A stretch of 64,000 nucleotides of DNA from an uncultured Candidatus Saccharibacteria bacterium (lineage in GTDB: Bacteria > Patescibacteriota > Minisyncoccia > UBA9983): the NCBI GenBank assembly GCA_964438405.1, contig CAYTKF010000001.1, forward strand, positions 18,860-82,859, given 5' to 3'. This document shows positions 19,093 to 29,306 of this stretch, in pieces. The translations under genes were made by a program, and so were the position numbers. Each line of letters begins with the position of its first letter. Within the stretch, counting starts at the first letter, position 1. Under the pieces are notes generated by a model. The model saw nothing but the letters and a program-made list of their open reading frames with translations. It was not told the origin of the DNA and searched no databases.

Positions 19093-19719
19093 ATGAAAAA
19101 AATATTAATCTTATCTGCGGTAGTTTTGGCAGTCGGAGTAGTCGCATCAATCGCAGTTGCCGGAACTGGCAACGGCGCTCCTTCAGGCGCGCACTACAAC
19201 CTCAACATCATCGGTGTCCCAAAGAATAAAACCGCTGATATGACCGGCGACAACGGCCACAGAATTTTTGTTTCGCTTTCCGGCAATACCAGGATTAATT
19301 TGACCGAAGGCGATTATCAGGTTTTAGATGCAAACGGAACTGATGGAGTTGCCGCTTTTCAATTGCCAAATCCTGATCCGGATAATGACGAAATAACAGT
19401 TTATTCTGTTTGGGCAAGAGCTGTTGGAAAACCAGGTGGTAGCGCAAAAATGACAACCTGTGCAACAGATCCGAGCGATGGATCAGAAGTCTGTTCTACA
19501 CTTTCTTATGTGGCAGTACGTTCGAAGGGTAAGCCAACATTTGAAAATGTGTCTAAGGAACTTCTTTATATCTACGTTGACCTCGACGGAGATGGGACTG
19601 CGGAACGATATAACTTGTTCAATAGTGCACTAGAAGATTACTTCTGGAGCTACGACAACAACGGCCTAAAGGTTCTCCAGCTTCGCTTCTACGAGATTCC
19701 GACGGACGTAAATCCTTAA
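19093..19719 (+). CDS. Secreted hypothetical protein
   Basis: Signal peptide AVA|G; DLDGDG Ca-binding-like loop; Cys pair; followed by terminator. Confidence 0.75.
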   Translation: MKKILILSAVVLAVGVVASIAVAGTGNGAPSGAHYNLNIIGVPKNKTADMTGDNGHRIFVSLSGNTRINLTEGDYQVLDANGTDGVAAFQLPNPDPDNDEITVYSVWARAVGKPGGSAKMTTCATDPSDGSEVCSTLSYVAVRSKGKPTFENVSKELLYIYVDLDGDGTAERYNLFNSALEDYFWSYDNNGLKVLQLRFYEIPTDVNP

Positions 19720-19731
19720 TTAAATCTACAA

Positions 19732-19770
19732 AAACCCCGCCCCTCGAGATTTTGGTCGGGGCGGGGTTTT
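19732..19770 (+). terminator. Intrinsic (possibly bidirectional) terminator
   Basis: AAAACCCCGCCC...GGGCGGGGTTTT. Confidence 0.8.
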
Positions 19771-19834
19771 GACTAACATGATTTTTGACATTTGACAAAA
19801 GACTGAAAATGCTTAGTTTATAATAATAAGGCTT

Positions 19835-21352
19835 ATGTCTAAGTACCCACCTTTTTTAGAGAAAAATATAAAGTTAGGGCTTAATAAAGAGCTATTAAAA
19901 ATCATGCCCCGGGAGCTTATCCTAGAGTTTGATGCTTTTGTTTTTGAAAAAGATTCTGATTCTGGCCTTGTAAAAATTGCTGCGGTAAACCCGGAAAATA
20001 TTGCCTTGAGGCATTATGCAAAAGAAAAGTTCGGCGACAAAGTTGAATGGTTCAGCGCCCAAAAGGAGGACGTAGATTTTATATTAAAAAATCTTAAACG
20101 GGATTTTAAAAACGATATTTTATTTTTAGCCAACAACGTCACCGAGAACAATGAAAATATTACAAAAATTGTTGACGGCATTATAGAATACGCTCTTGCC
20201 CAAAAGGCAAGCGACATTCACATTGAACCATCGAGAAATGAATTTCTTGTGCGATTTAGAATCGACGGCGCCATGCATCAGATGTTAAATTTGCCACGCA
20301 GTATATATCAGGCGCTGGTTGCCCGCATAAAAATAATCGCCAACTTAAGAATTGATGAGTACCGACGCCCCCAGGACGGCCGTATTGAACCCGAAAATTT
20401 TCCCGATATTTCACTCCGCACTTCCATTATACCAACTCTTTTTGGGGAAAAGATCGCCATGCGTATTCTTGACGACTCGCAAAAAGATATTTTGATTGAG
20501 GAACTGGGATTTTCTAAAGAACAAAAAAATATAATTTTACAAAACATAGAAAAACCGTTCGGCATGATTGTTGCCTCGGGCCCCACTGGTTCAGGAAAAA
20601 CTACAACGCTCTATGCTCTTTTACAAATTTTTAAAAAAGACGGATTTAATATTTCTACGCTTGAAGATCCGATTGAATATGTATTACATGGAGTAAACCA
20701 GATTCAGATTAATCTTCAGGTAGGGCTTACTTTTCCAATAGGCCTCCGCTCCCTTTTGAGACAGGACCCGGACATTATGATGGTGGGGGAGATCAGAGAT
20801 ACAGAAACCGCCTCCATGGCTGCCGATGCCGCAATGACAGGCCACATAGTTTTTACCACCCTCCACACCAATGACGCAGCTTCCGCCTTCACCCGTTTTT
20901 TGGAAATGGGGGTTGATGATTTTGTTGTTTCAAGCACGATTAATCTTGTCATTGCCCAACGCCTTGTCCGCAAAATCTGTAATAATTGCGCAGAAAAAAA
21001 AATGCTGGATAAAATAACCATAAAAAAGATTAAAGAACGCAAAGATATCATGGAGGCTCTTCAGGAAAAACAAATTGGATCCCTTAATAAATTTGAGGAG
21101 ATGACTTTTCGCCAAGGCAGGGGATGCGACCTTTGTTTTCAAACAGGATATCTGGGCCGTATCGGGATTTTTGAGCTGTTGACTCCTAATAAAGAAATAC
21201 ATGATTTAATACTGAGCCATAAATCATCGGAAGCCATAAGAGCGGCGGCGGAAAAAAATGGTTTCCGCGACATGATTACCGATGGAATTGACAAAGTATT
21301 TTTGGGAATCACCACTTTTGAAGAGGTTTTGCGGGTCACAAAAAATATTTAG
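19835..21352 (+). CDS. Type IV pilus/T2SS assembly ATPase (PilB/GspE family)
   Basis: ASDIHIEP, RPQDGR, Walker A GPTGSGKTTT, TLEDPIE, LRQDPDIMMVGEIRD, TLHTN, CxxC/CxxC. Confidence 0.95.
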   Translation: MSKYPPFLEKNIKLGLNKELLKIMPRELILEFDAFVFEKDSDSGLVKIAAVNPENIALRHYAKEKFGDKVEWFSAQKEDVDFILKNLKRDFKNDILFLANNVTENNENITKIVDGIIEYALAQKASDIHIEPSRNEFLVRFRIDGAMHQMLNLPRSIYQALVARIKIIANLRIDEYRRPQDGRIEPENFPDISLRTSIIPTLFGEKIAMRILDDSQKDILIEELGFSKEQKNIILQNIEKPFGMIVASGPTGSGKTTTLYALLQIFKKDGFNISTLEDPIEYVLHGVNQIQINLQVGLTFPIGLRSLLRQDPDIMMVGEIRDTETASMAADAAMTGHIVFTTLHTNDAASAFTRFLEMGVDDFVVSSTINLVIAQRLVRKICNNCAEKKMLDKITIKKIKERKDIMEALQEKQIGSLNKFEEMTFRQGRGCDLCFQTGYLGRIGIFELLTPNKEIHDLILSHKSSEAIRAAAEKNGFRDMITDGIDKVFLGITTFEEVLRVTKNI

Positions 21353-21359
21353 AAAAATT

Positions 21360-22568
21360 ATGGCCGTATTTTCATATAAATTAATAACCCAAAATGGCCA
21401 GATTCAAACAGGCTCTATTTCTGCGCTTACAAAAAGGGGGGCCGAAAAAACACTCACTAAAGACGATTCTATAATTATTTTTATTTCAACCAAAGATCAC
21501 TTCTGGCAGAAACAAATAAATCTTCCCTGGAAGAATTTTTCTTCAACGGAAAAAATAAACTTTTTTCGCGACCTCTCGATGATGATTTCTTCCGGGCTTT
21601 CAATTGTTGAGGCCTTAACTCTTTCGTTTGAAGAGATAAAAAATAATAAAGTAAAAGAAACAATAAAAACAATAGCCAATAACACAAAAAACGGTCAGAG
21701 ATTATCTAAATCAATGGCACAATTTCCGAAATATTTTCCGCAGGATATCGTGGAAACGGTTAATATGGGAGAATTATCAGGCGAGCTCAGCAAGGCGCTC
21801 GGACGCATTGCAAACGACCTAGAAAAAAATGTTGAAATAAAAAGAAAGATTACGGGCGCATTAATGTATCCGGGAATCATTATTTCAATAATGATTATTG
21901 TTGTCACAATTTTATTGTTATATGTTATACCGCAAATCGGAAAAATATACGAAGAGTCAAATATAGAGCTTCCTTTTCTGACAAAAATACTGCTGGTTGT
22001 CGGCAACCTTCTAGCGTCCCATTTATATATCTTTTTGCTGGCATTGGCCGTTGTAATAATCATACCCATTCTTTTATTGAGGATAAAAAAAATACATTAT
22101 GCTTTTAATTATTTAATATTAAAACTGCCTGTTTTCGGAAATATCATTAAGGATTATAATCTGATCCTCTTTTTCCGCTCGATTGAATCTTTAATAAAAA
22201 GCGGAATTTCGCTGGTTGATTCCGTTAATATTGCAAAAAAAACCACTAAAAATGACGTTTATAAAAAGGCTTTTGACACAGTCCACCCCATACTGCTTCG
22301 TGGCATACCTCTTTCCGATATTATGAAACGCTTTCCTTTTTTATTTGCACCCCAAACGCAAAAAATAATAGAAGTTGGCGAAAAGACGGGCAAATTAGAT
22401 AATTCATTCAGCCGGATAACAAACTATTACGAGAACGTATTGGAGCATAAAACAAAAACTATGCTAGTTTTAATTGAGCCGGTATTAATGCTGGTTTTGG
22501 GAATTGTAGTCGGGGGATTGGCACTCTCTATTTTTATGCCGATTTATCAAATCGTCAACGTATTTTAA
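21360..22568 (+). CDS. PilC/GspF family inner-membrane platform protein
   Basis: FFRDLSMMISSG, GELSGEL, ALMYP, GEKTGKL, LIEP..M...G..VG.....IFMPIY; start taken at MAVFSY. Confidence 0.93.
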   Translation: MAVFSYKLITQNGQIQTGSISALTKRGAEKTLTKDDSIIIFISTKDHFWQKQINLPWKNFSSTEKINFFRDLSMMISSGLSIVEALTLSFEEIKNNKVKETIKTIANNTKNGQRLSKSMAQFPKYFPQDIVETVNMGELSGELSKALGRIANDLEKNVEIKRKITGALMYPGIIISIMIIVVTILLLYVIPQIGKIYEESNIELPFLTKILLVVGNLLASHLYIFLLALAVVIIIPILLLRIKKIHYAFNYLILKLPVFGNIIKDYNLILFFRSIESLIKSGISLVDSVNIAKKTTKNDVYKKAFDTVHPILLRGIPLSDIMKRFPFLFAPQTQKIIEVGEKTGKLDNSFSRITNYYENVLEHKTKTMLVLIEPVLMLVLGIVVGGLALSIFMPIYQIVNVF

Positions 22569-22570
22569 AT

Positions 22571-23005
22571 ATGAAAAAGACAAATGGTTTTTCTCTTATT
22601 GAAATAATTACCGTTATCGGTATTATGGGCGTAGTTGCAGCCACTGGATTTATGACCTTTAGGGGAATTAAAGATGATATTATTTTGGAGCAAACAAAGA
22701 CAACCTTGGTTTGGGCTTTAGAGGAGGCCCGGAACCGGGCCGCAACCGGATTTGGACAAAATAAACAAGGAGTTCATATAGAAGAAAATAAAATTGTGAT
22801 TTTTGAAGGAGATGAATATGTTGATGGCGAGGGAGAAGAAATAATTTTTCCTCCAACCATATCAACCGACCAAACTAACGGCAATATTATATTTAACCGG
22901 ATTAGCGCATCAGTTAACACGGCTGCCACAATTATTATTAATAATATAAAAGGCAGTACAAAAATTATTAATATTACTTCAGATGGAAAAATCATCGCTC
23001 AATAA
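22571..23005 (+). CDS. Prepilin-type (FimT/GspH-like) minor pilin
   Basis: Class III signal NG|FSLIE + hydrophobic helix. Confidence 0.88.
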   Translation: MKKTNGFSLIEIITVIGIMGVVAATGFMTFRGIKDDIILEQTKTTLVWALEEARNRAATGFGQNKQGVHIEENKIVIFEGDEYVDGEGEEIIFPPTISTDQTNGNIIFNRISASVNTAATIIINNIKGSTKIINITSDGKIIAQ

Positions 23006-23495
23006 AAAAGGGGGTTTTGGAATAATAGAGGTCGTTGTTGGAATTACTCTTGCCTCCGTATTTATGACAGCCTTCGCGGCATTAACCGTGCAAACTATCA
23101 AACTTAATCGCGCCAACACAAACGAACTCAAGGCAAATATATATTTAAGAGAACTTATTGAGATTGCGAAAGATCTTGAACAGTCAGAAGACTGGAATAT
23201 ATTAACCGATTATCCTTGCCAAGAATCTTTAGGTCGGGTCTGTTATCCCAAAATTTCAAGTGGAAAATGGATTTTGACTACAGGCGCAGAATCACTTGAT
23301 AATGACATATATAATCGTTCGCTTACCATTGCCGATGTTTATCGGAACCAGCTTTCATTCCCCAATGAGATAGTGGCAAGCGGAGGCGTTTCTGACCCAA
23401 ACACAAAAAAAATAATTGCAAAAATTTTATGGAGTGATGGCAGCCATCCCCCAATGATACTTGAGACATATGTTTATAATTATATCGCGCCGTAA
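22983..23495 (+). CDS. Prepilin-type (PilV/GspI-like) minor pilin
   Basis: KKGG|FGIIE. Confidence 0.85.
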   Translation: MEKSSLNKKGGFGIIEVVVGITLASVFMTAFAALTVQTIKLNRANTNELKANIYLRELIEIAKDLEQSEDWNILTDYPCQESLGRVCYPKISSGKWILTTGAESLDNDIYNRSLTIADVYRNQLSFPNEIVASGGVSDPNTKKIIAKILWSDGSHPPMILETYVYNYIAP

Positions 23496-23500
23496 TCTTT

Positions 23501-23962
23501 ATGTTTATAAAAAAATTATTTAAAAACAATAATTTCGGATTCACCATAATAGAAACAATTGTTGCGCTCGGCCTGGGCGTTCTTGTCGTGACCGCTGTTA
23601 CGACCATTGTTCTTCCCGGACTCAAGAACATACGCGCCGCCACTCAAACCGAAAGACTGCATGCAAACGCGGTATTTTTGCTGAACAATTTAACTTATTG
23701 GATAAAACAAGCCGAAGATCTCAATACGCCTAGCCCGTCTGTACTTGAAATTAAACTTTCCGATTCTTCGGTAAAAATTATTAAAAAAGACGGCGACAAT
23801 ATAACAGCTGACAATATTCCCCTTAATAATAATGATGTTAAGATAATAGAGCTTAATTTCACAAAGATGGCAAAATCGGTGAAAATTGATTTGGTTATTA
23901 AAACTGAAAAAGGAGAAACATTTTCCATTAAAACAACCATTGCACAAAGAAACAAACTTTAA
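23501..23962 (+). CDS. Prepilin-type (PilW/GspJ-like) minor pilin
   Basis: FG|FTIIE. Confidence 0.85.
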   Translation: MFIKKLFKNNNFGFTIIETIVALGLGVLVVTAVTTIVLPGLKNIRAATQTERLHANAVFLLNNLTYWIKQAEDLNTPSPSVLEIKLSDSSVKIIKKDGDNITADNIPLNNNDVKIIELNFTKMAKSVKIDLVIKTEKGETFSIKTTIAQRNKL

Positions 23963-23966
23963 AATT

Positions 23967-25049
23967 ATGCCATCTTATAAAAAAGACAAAGGAATAATAA
24001 GTTTAATTACTATATTGACTGTAGGTCTTTTCTCGTTAAGCGCCGTAATAATAAGCGAAATGGGCGCACTTAAGGAACTGGCAAAAAATCGCAATAATAT
24101 GATGGGAGAGAAATCTTTTTATGCCGCCGAGACCGCTACCAGAGAGGGGGCTTATCAATATCTAAACAACACTTCCTATTCGGGAGGTGCCCTGCTCTCT
24201 ATTAATAATGTCTTAGACAGCTCTAATATTGTTGATGATGACTCTTTGCCCTGGCCGTATGTGGAGATAATCGGGGCCGCGGAAAACGAGACCAATCATC
24301 GCGAAGTCATACATAAAATTACTGTGTTCCCCGAGGGCCAGGCTTTTAGTTATGCCGTCTACTCGCAAAACAGCATTAGTTTTGGCGGAAACGCCACTGT
24401 AAATGGAGATATTTTTGCCAACAACAACATAAATTTTAACGGCCAAAGCGCAACAATTAACGGAAACGCCTTTTCTATTAACGAAATAGATGACACAGAT
24501 AATATAAATGGAGAGGCCGTTTTGGTGAAATCAGTAATTTCAGCGCCCCAAATTGACACTCAGTCCTATAAAGACGTTGCCGTATTTGCAGAAACATTTT
24601 TCACTTCTTCAAGCGACGCAGAAAACTATATTAACAACAATACAAGAACAGCGGTTGTATTTGTTGAAGACAGTAATGAGACAAAAATACATGGCACTAA
24701 TACCAAACTATCAGGAAGTTTGGTTGTAAGTGGCGATTTGGAAATCAGCGGAGGCACTTATACGGCAACTGATAATTACGCCGCAATTATAGTTGGCGGC
24801 AATCTTAAAATATCAGGAGGGGCGATAATCAACGGAATAGTTTATGTGTCAGGTTCTACAGCATTTGGTGGAGGAAATAATGTAATTAATGGTTCGCTTC
24901 TTTCTACAAATGGGGCAAGTATTGCAGATATCACAGGCAGTACTGTTATTAATTTTGATCCAGACAATATAGGAGCTTGGCAGGATCTTGAGGGGTTGAT
25001 AACCACCTCTACTCAAGACCCAGAAATTGTTGATTGGCTAGAACGATAA
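23967..25049 (+). CDS. PilX/GspK-like minor pilin with C-terminal beta-helix-like domain
   Basis: KG|IISLI without E5, SFYAAE motif, repeated (I/V)NG(D/N/I) beta-helix-like units; start at MPSYKK. Confidence 0.8.
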   Translation: MPSYKKDKGIISLITILTVGLFSLSAVIISEMGALKELAKNRNNMMGEKSFYAAETATREGAYQYLNNTSYSGGALLSINNVLDSSNIVDDDSLPWPYVEIIGAAENETNHREVIHKITVFPEGQAFSYAVYSQNSISFGGNATVNGDIFANNNINFNGQSATINGNAFSINEIDDTDNINGEAVLVKSVISAPQIDTQSYKDVAVFAETFFTSSSDAENYINNNTRTAVVFVEDSNETKIHGTNTKLSGSLVVSGDLEISGGTYTATDNYAAIIVGGNLKISGGAIINGIVYVSGSTAFGGGNNVINGSLLSTNGASIADITGSTVINFDPDNIGAWQDLEGLITTSTQDPEIVDWLER

Positions 25050-25131
25050 AGACTTGACAAATAATTATAAGGGTTTAATTTGATAAATAGAGATTTAATC
25101 AAATTATTAACAATAAAAACCGATAATTTAT

Positions 25132-28100
25132 ATGAAAAATTTTAATTCCCGGGCAGCTAACGCAATTTTACTGGCCGTATCAATGGTCGTTTACATAATA
25201 GCGCCGGTTTTGTCATTTGCTCCGCAAGTATCTTATGCGACCCAACCTGTCAGTAGTTATATTGTTTCTATAGATACTATTAATGACGATCCTCCGACAG
25301 AGGCCTGTCTTGTTAGTCCTGTGACAATTATCGGAAGCGGACAAGTTATAAACGGACAAGGAAGCGGTTCTGATCAATACCACATTGAGATTAATTGGGG
25401 AGACGGCACCCTAGAAAATGGAATTGTAATTAATCCAACACCGGATCCGGGAGGCGACAAGAAAACTTTTTCCTTTAGCTATACCGCAACTCACAGTACT
25501 TCAGTTACCAGCACACAAATTAAAGTACGTCTCTATCACGGTGCTCCCCCGGGCAACGACGCCCAAGCTGATGCCGTGATAAGTGTCTCTGTCTGCGTTG
25601 CTCCACCCACCACCGCGGTTCTCAATGTTAAAAAGATTGTCGTTAATAATAACGGTGGTACAGCTACGTCCTCAGACTTCACCCTGCGGTTAAAATCAGC
25701 CACCACAACTAACGATATCAGCGGAAGCCCTTTTTCCGGTTCAACCGCGGGTAAAGATTTTATTTTGAGCCCAGGCCCTTATGTTGCCGGCGAAGATGCT
25801 TTTTCGGGCTATAGTTCAGCAATTACCGGTAATTGCGCCGCAGACGGAACCATTACTCTGTCAGCCGGACAAAATTATTCCTGCACCATTACCAATACTG
25901 AATTACCACCAACTCCCACTACTGGTTCTATTTCCGGTAAAAAGTTTGAAGATTTGAACGGCGACCACGTGCGAACCAATGAGACTACTGATCCTGACTT
26001 GCCCGACTGGACAATCCGGCTTGATTTGATTGGCAGTTCTGACGCTCCGAATTGCGAATCGGGTCAAACTCCAGTAGCCTCGGTCAATGGAGAGTTCTGC
26101 GAAGTTTTGACTGATTCTAATGGTAATTACAAATTTATTAATCTGCTTCCGGGCGACTACATAGTTTCCGAAGTTTTACAGGATGGCTGGACACAGACAA
26201 GACCAAATGCAGATTACGGAGGCCAAGGTAGACAAGCTGATGGTACTTACCATTTAACTCTTTCTGCCGGACAGAATATTAATGACAGACAGTTTGGCAA
26301 CAAACAATCGCCCACTACCGGCAGTCTACAGGTTGATAAAGTTGCAATTGGCGGAGACAGCATGTTTAGTTTTACCGGAGATAACGGAATAACTGGTTTT
26401 GACATTACAACCAGCGGAGGTACTGGCAGTCTTACAATCAGCGATCTTCTTCCGGGAGTTTATAATATTTTTGAAACAATTAAGGCTGGTTGGGACGAAT
26501 TAAATGATTGCACTAACGTCAATGTGACTGTTGGTAATACAACGAATTGCACTTTTACCAACACAGCGCGCGGCTCTATTACGGTTCACAAAAATGTGGT
26601 TGCACCGGACGGACAAACTGATGTTTCAGACAACCATAATTTTACCGTGACGCTTAATGGCGATAATTCCCAAACACTTAACGAAACAACATCGGTATCT
26701 TACACAGACCTTATTCCTAATCAGCAATATACTGTTACAGAAGATATGGATTCTGATTACAGCCAAGTTTCTATCACTGGCGATTGCGTTTCTGACGGCA
26801 CCATCACATTGAATCCCGGACAGGACGCTGTCTGCACCATCACCAATGCGCAAAAACAGGGGACACTTACAGTCATTAAACATGTAATCAATCACGGCAT
26901 TGGCACTGCTGACGCAAATGATTTTTCGTTCATAATAAATGATGGACAGCCAACAGCGTTTACAGCAGACGAAGGAAGTCTTGAAGGACAAAATACAATT
27001 GCAGTTGACCCGGGAACTTACACAGTGAGCGAACCTTCAGTGCAGGGCTATGCCGCAAGTTATAACAATTGCACCGACGTGGCGATTCCAAGCAACGGTT
27101 CTGCCACCTGCACCATTACCAACAGCGATATTCCTCCGGGCGACGGCGCAATTACTGTTTTTAAGACTTTGCCGAATGACAATGGAGGCACAGCAACGGT
27201 TGCTGATTTCCCGCTCTGGATTACAGATTCTGATGACCCGCAAAATCCCATCTCTGCTGCAAACGGCCAGGCAAATTTCTTAGCGGCTGGCCATAATTAT
27301 ACTGTAAGCGAAACAAATCCTAATGAAATTCTTGGTTATAACCAAAGCATCAGCTGTTATGACGGGCAAACTCCGCTTGACGGCAGTACAATCACTGTTG
27401 TTGAAAACCATGTTTACACTTGCACCATTACCAATGACGACATGCCTGTTTCTTTGACGCTTAATAAAACAGTGATCACTGACAACGGGGGCACAGCCCA
27501 GGCATCAGACTGGACTCTTACTGCAAAAGGACCGATAACCTTAAGCGGTGTTGGCCCGACAGTTTCCAGCACAACTCTTTCAGCAGGCACTTATACGCTT
27601 TCTGAATCAAGCGGACCGACTGGCTATACAGCAAGTAATTGGTCATGTCAGGGAGGAACCTTAAATGGCGATGTTCTTACGCTTGTCCTTGGCGACAATG
27701 CAACCTGCGGTATTACTAATGACGACCAGCCCAGTTATATTTCCGGCGCGAAGTTTGAAGATGTTAATTACAATAAAATTTGGGACGATGGAGAAACTGG
27801 AATTGTTGGTTGGGTAATAAATCTGTTTAAAGAACAGCAGCTTGTTGCCTCTACAACCACTGGCGAAGTTGGAACTTATCAGTTTACTAATGTTTCTCCC
27901 GGAACATACACACTCACGGAAACAGCACAGGACGGATGGATTCAGACAACTGACGCACCTGCTCCAATAGATATGACTCAAGGCACAACTTCTGCAAATA
28001 ATAATTTTGGCAATTACAAAAAGATTGTCATATCAAATGAAAATTCTCAAGATCCAACAGAAACTTCTGTTGTCATAACTTGGGATACTGACAGACCGGC

Positions 28101-28755
28101 AACTTCACGCGTAATTTATGACACAGTTTCGCACGCAATTCTTGGCGATGCGCCGAATTACGGATACGCGTTTTCAACGATTGAGGACACTGCAACAACA
28201 ACCAGCCATTCTGTTACAATAACCGGTTTGGCGGCCGGCACTACTTATTATTACCGCGTAATTTCTCACGCTTCGCCCGAATCAGTGAGTTCTGAACACA
28301 ACTTTTCTACTGTCCAACAGCAAACTCCGCCTTCTAGTGGACCAGTTGGCGGCGGTGGTGGAGGTGGTGGAGGTGGTGGAGGTAATGGACCTGTTGGAGA
28401 TCTTTTATCTTTAACAACCCCTCCAACTCCCACAAATCCTCCAGTTAGCGGACCGGTTATAACCACAACTGGCGCAGGAGAAGAAAATCCAACTCCTCCA
28501 ACACCTCCAGTTCCAACAGGAGAAGGAGCAGGAATTACAGGAGAAATCGGCGCTAACACAGGTGGCGCAACAACTAGCGAAGAAACTGGCAATAATCTTG
28601 CCGCAGCAGCTGCAAGCCAGGAAAACGGTAGAAGCTTTGGCAGTATGCTCGCCTCTGTCTTTGGCGCAATCGGAAGCTGGTGGTGGCTGCTCCTGCTCAT
28701 CATTATCTTAATCATCATCTGGCTCATAAAACGTTCTCTGGACAAAAAGAATTAA
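25132..28755 (+). CDS. Large cell-surface adhesin: SdrD-B/CnaB-like and prealbumin-like repeats, FN3-like domain, Gly/Pro-Thr linker, C-terminal TM anchor
   Basis: ISGKKFEDLNGD and ISGAKFEDVN modules; repeated L.V.K.V.N...CTITN units; WWWLLLLIIILIII + KR tail. Confidence 0.85.
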   Translation: MKNFNSRAANAILLAVSMVVYIIAPVLSFAPQVSYATQPVSSYIVSIDTINDDPPTEACLVSPVTIIGSGQVINGQGSGSDQYHIEINWGDGTLENGIVINPTPDPGGDKKTFSFSYTATHSTSVTSTQIKVRLYHGAPPGNDAQADAVISVSVCVAPPTTAVLNVKKIVVNNNGGTATSSDFTLRLKSATTTNDISGSPFSGSTAGKDFILSPGPYVAGEDAFSGYSSAITGNCAADGTITLSAGQNYSCTITNTELPPTPTTGSISGKKFEDLNGDHVRTNETTDPDLPDWTIRLDLIGSSDAPNCESGQTPVASVNGEFCEVLTDSNGNYKFINLLPGDYIVSEVLQDGWTQTRPNADYGGQGRQADGTYHLTLSAGQNINDRQFGNKQSPTTGSLQVDKVAIGGDSMFSFTGDNGITGFDITTSGGTGSLTISDLLPGVYNIFETIKAGWDELNDCTNVNVTVGNTTNCTFTNTARGSITVHKNVVAPDGQTDVSDNHNFTVTLNGDNSQTLNETTSVSYTDLIPNQQYTVTEDMDSDYSQVSITGDCVSDGTITLNPGQDAVCTITNAQKQGTLTVIKHVINHGIGTADANDFSFIINDGQPTAFTADEGSLEGQNTIAVDPGTYTVSEPSVQGYAASYNNCTDVAIPSNGSATCTITNSDIPPGDGAITVFKTLPNDNGGTATVADFPLWITDSDDPQNPISAANGQANFLAAGHNYTVSETNPNEILGYNQSISCYDGQTPLDGSTITVVENHVYTCTITNDDMPVSLTLNKTVITDNGGTAQASDWTLTAKGPITLSGVGPTVSSTTLSAGTYTLSESSGPTGYTASNWSCQGGTLNGDVLTLVLGDNATCGITNDDQPSYISGAKFEDVNYNKIWDDGETGIVGWVINLFKEQQLVASTTTGEVGTYQFTNVSPGTYTLTETAQDGWIQTTDAPAPIDMTQGTTSANNNFGNYKKIVISNENSQDPTETSVVITWDTDRPATSRVIYDTVSHAILGDAPNYGYAFSTIEDTATTTSHSVTITGLAAGTTYYYRVISHASPESVSSEHNFSTVQQQTPPSSGPVGGGGGGGGGGGGNGPVGDLLSLTTPPTPTNPPVSGPVITTTGAGEENPTPPTPPVPTGEGAGITGEIGANTGGATTSEETGNNLAAAAASQENGRSFGSMLASVFGAIGSWWWLLLLIIILIIIWLIKRSLDKKN

Positions 28756-28787
28756 TAATGCTAATTTTCTCTTCGGAGGTGTAAGAA

Positions 28788-29192
28788 ATGTCTTACCAAG
28801 AGGCAGTTAGTTTTTTAAGAAGATTGGATAAGGAAATAAGAATATGCCATCCAGGCACCGGCAAAGAGATGCCCTGCGATGAAGTGCTTCGGGACCTTTC
28901 TTGGGAAGAATGGAAGACTGTAGAAGAAATTATCAAAAAACACAAACTTCCGTGTTCTCTTGTGAGCGGTCCGTATGGATTTTCTTTGATAATATATTCT
29001 TTTAAAAAAGATATATTGCTTCTTATTAAAAATGTCCAGTTTCCATTTTTGTCCGCAAAACGCGGTTTTAACGGTCAGCTGGATACACTTCATAGGATTT
29101 CTCCGCTGACCCACAACCAGCAAAATATTGACCTTCTTGCGGCTCTGCATTTTGAACCGCAAAATCTCAACCCTTTATCTTACGCCTATTAG
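28788..29192 (+). CDS. Hypothetical protein
   Basis: 134 aa ORF with GGAGG SD upstream and a hairpin/T-tract downstream (about 29214-29248). Confidence 0.6.
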   Translation: MSYQEAVSFLRRLDKEIRICHPGTGKEMPCDEVLRDLSWEEWKTVEEIIKKHKLPCSLVSGPYGFSLIIYSFKKDILLLIKNVQFPFLSAKRGFNGQLDTLHRISPLTHNQQNIDLLAALHFEPQNLNPLSYAY

Positions 29193-29306
29193 TTATTATT
29201 TTTCCAATTTTTCGGGCGCTGTGCGAAGCAATGCACAGGCCCTTTTTTGTTATCCACAGGACAGCTTGTTTAAGTTTTGAAAATGTTTAAGTTCAAAAAT
29301 AGAAGT

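Noticed and set aside
28348-28383. GGT/GGC/GGA trinucleotide run
   Set aside because: Simply encodes the poly-Gly linker of the adhesin
29250-29258. Replication origin suggested by a perfect DnaA box TTATCCACA
   Set aside because: Isolated box, with no cluster or dnaA/dnaN nearby
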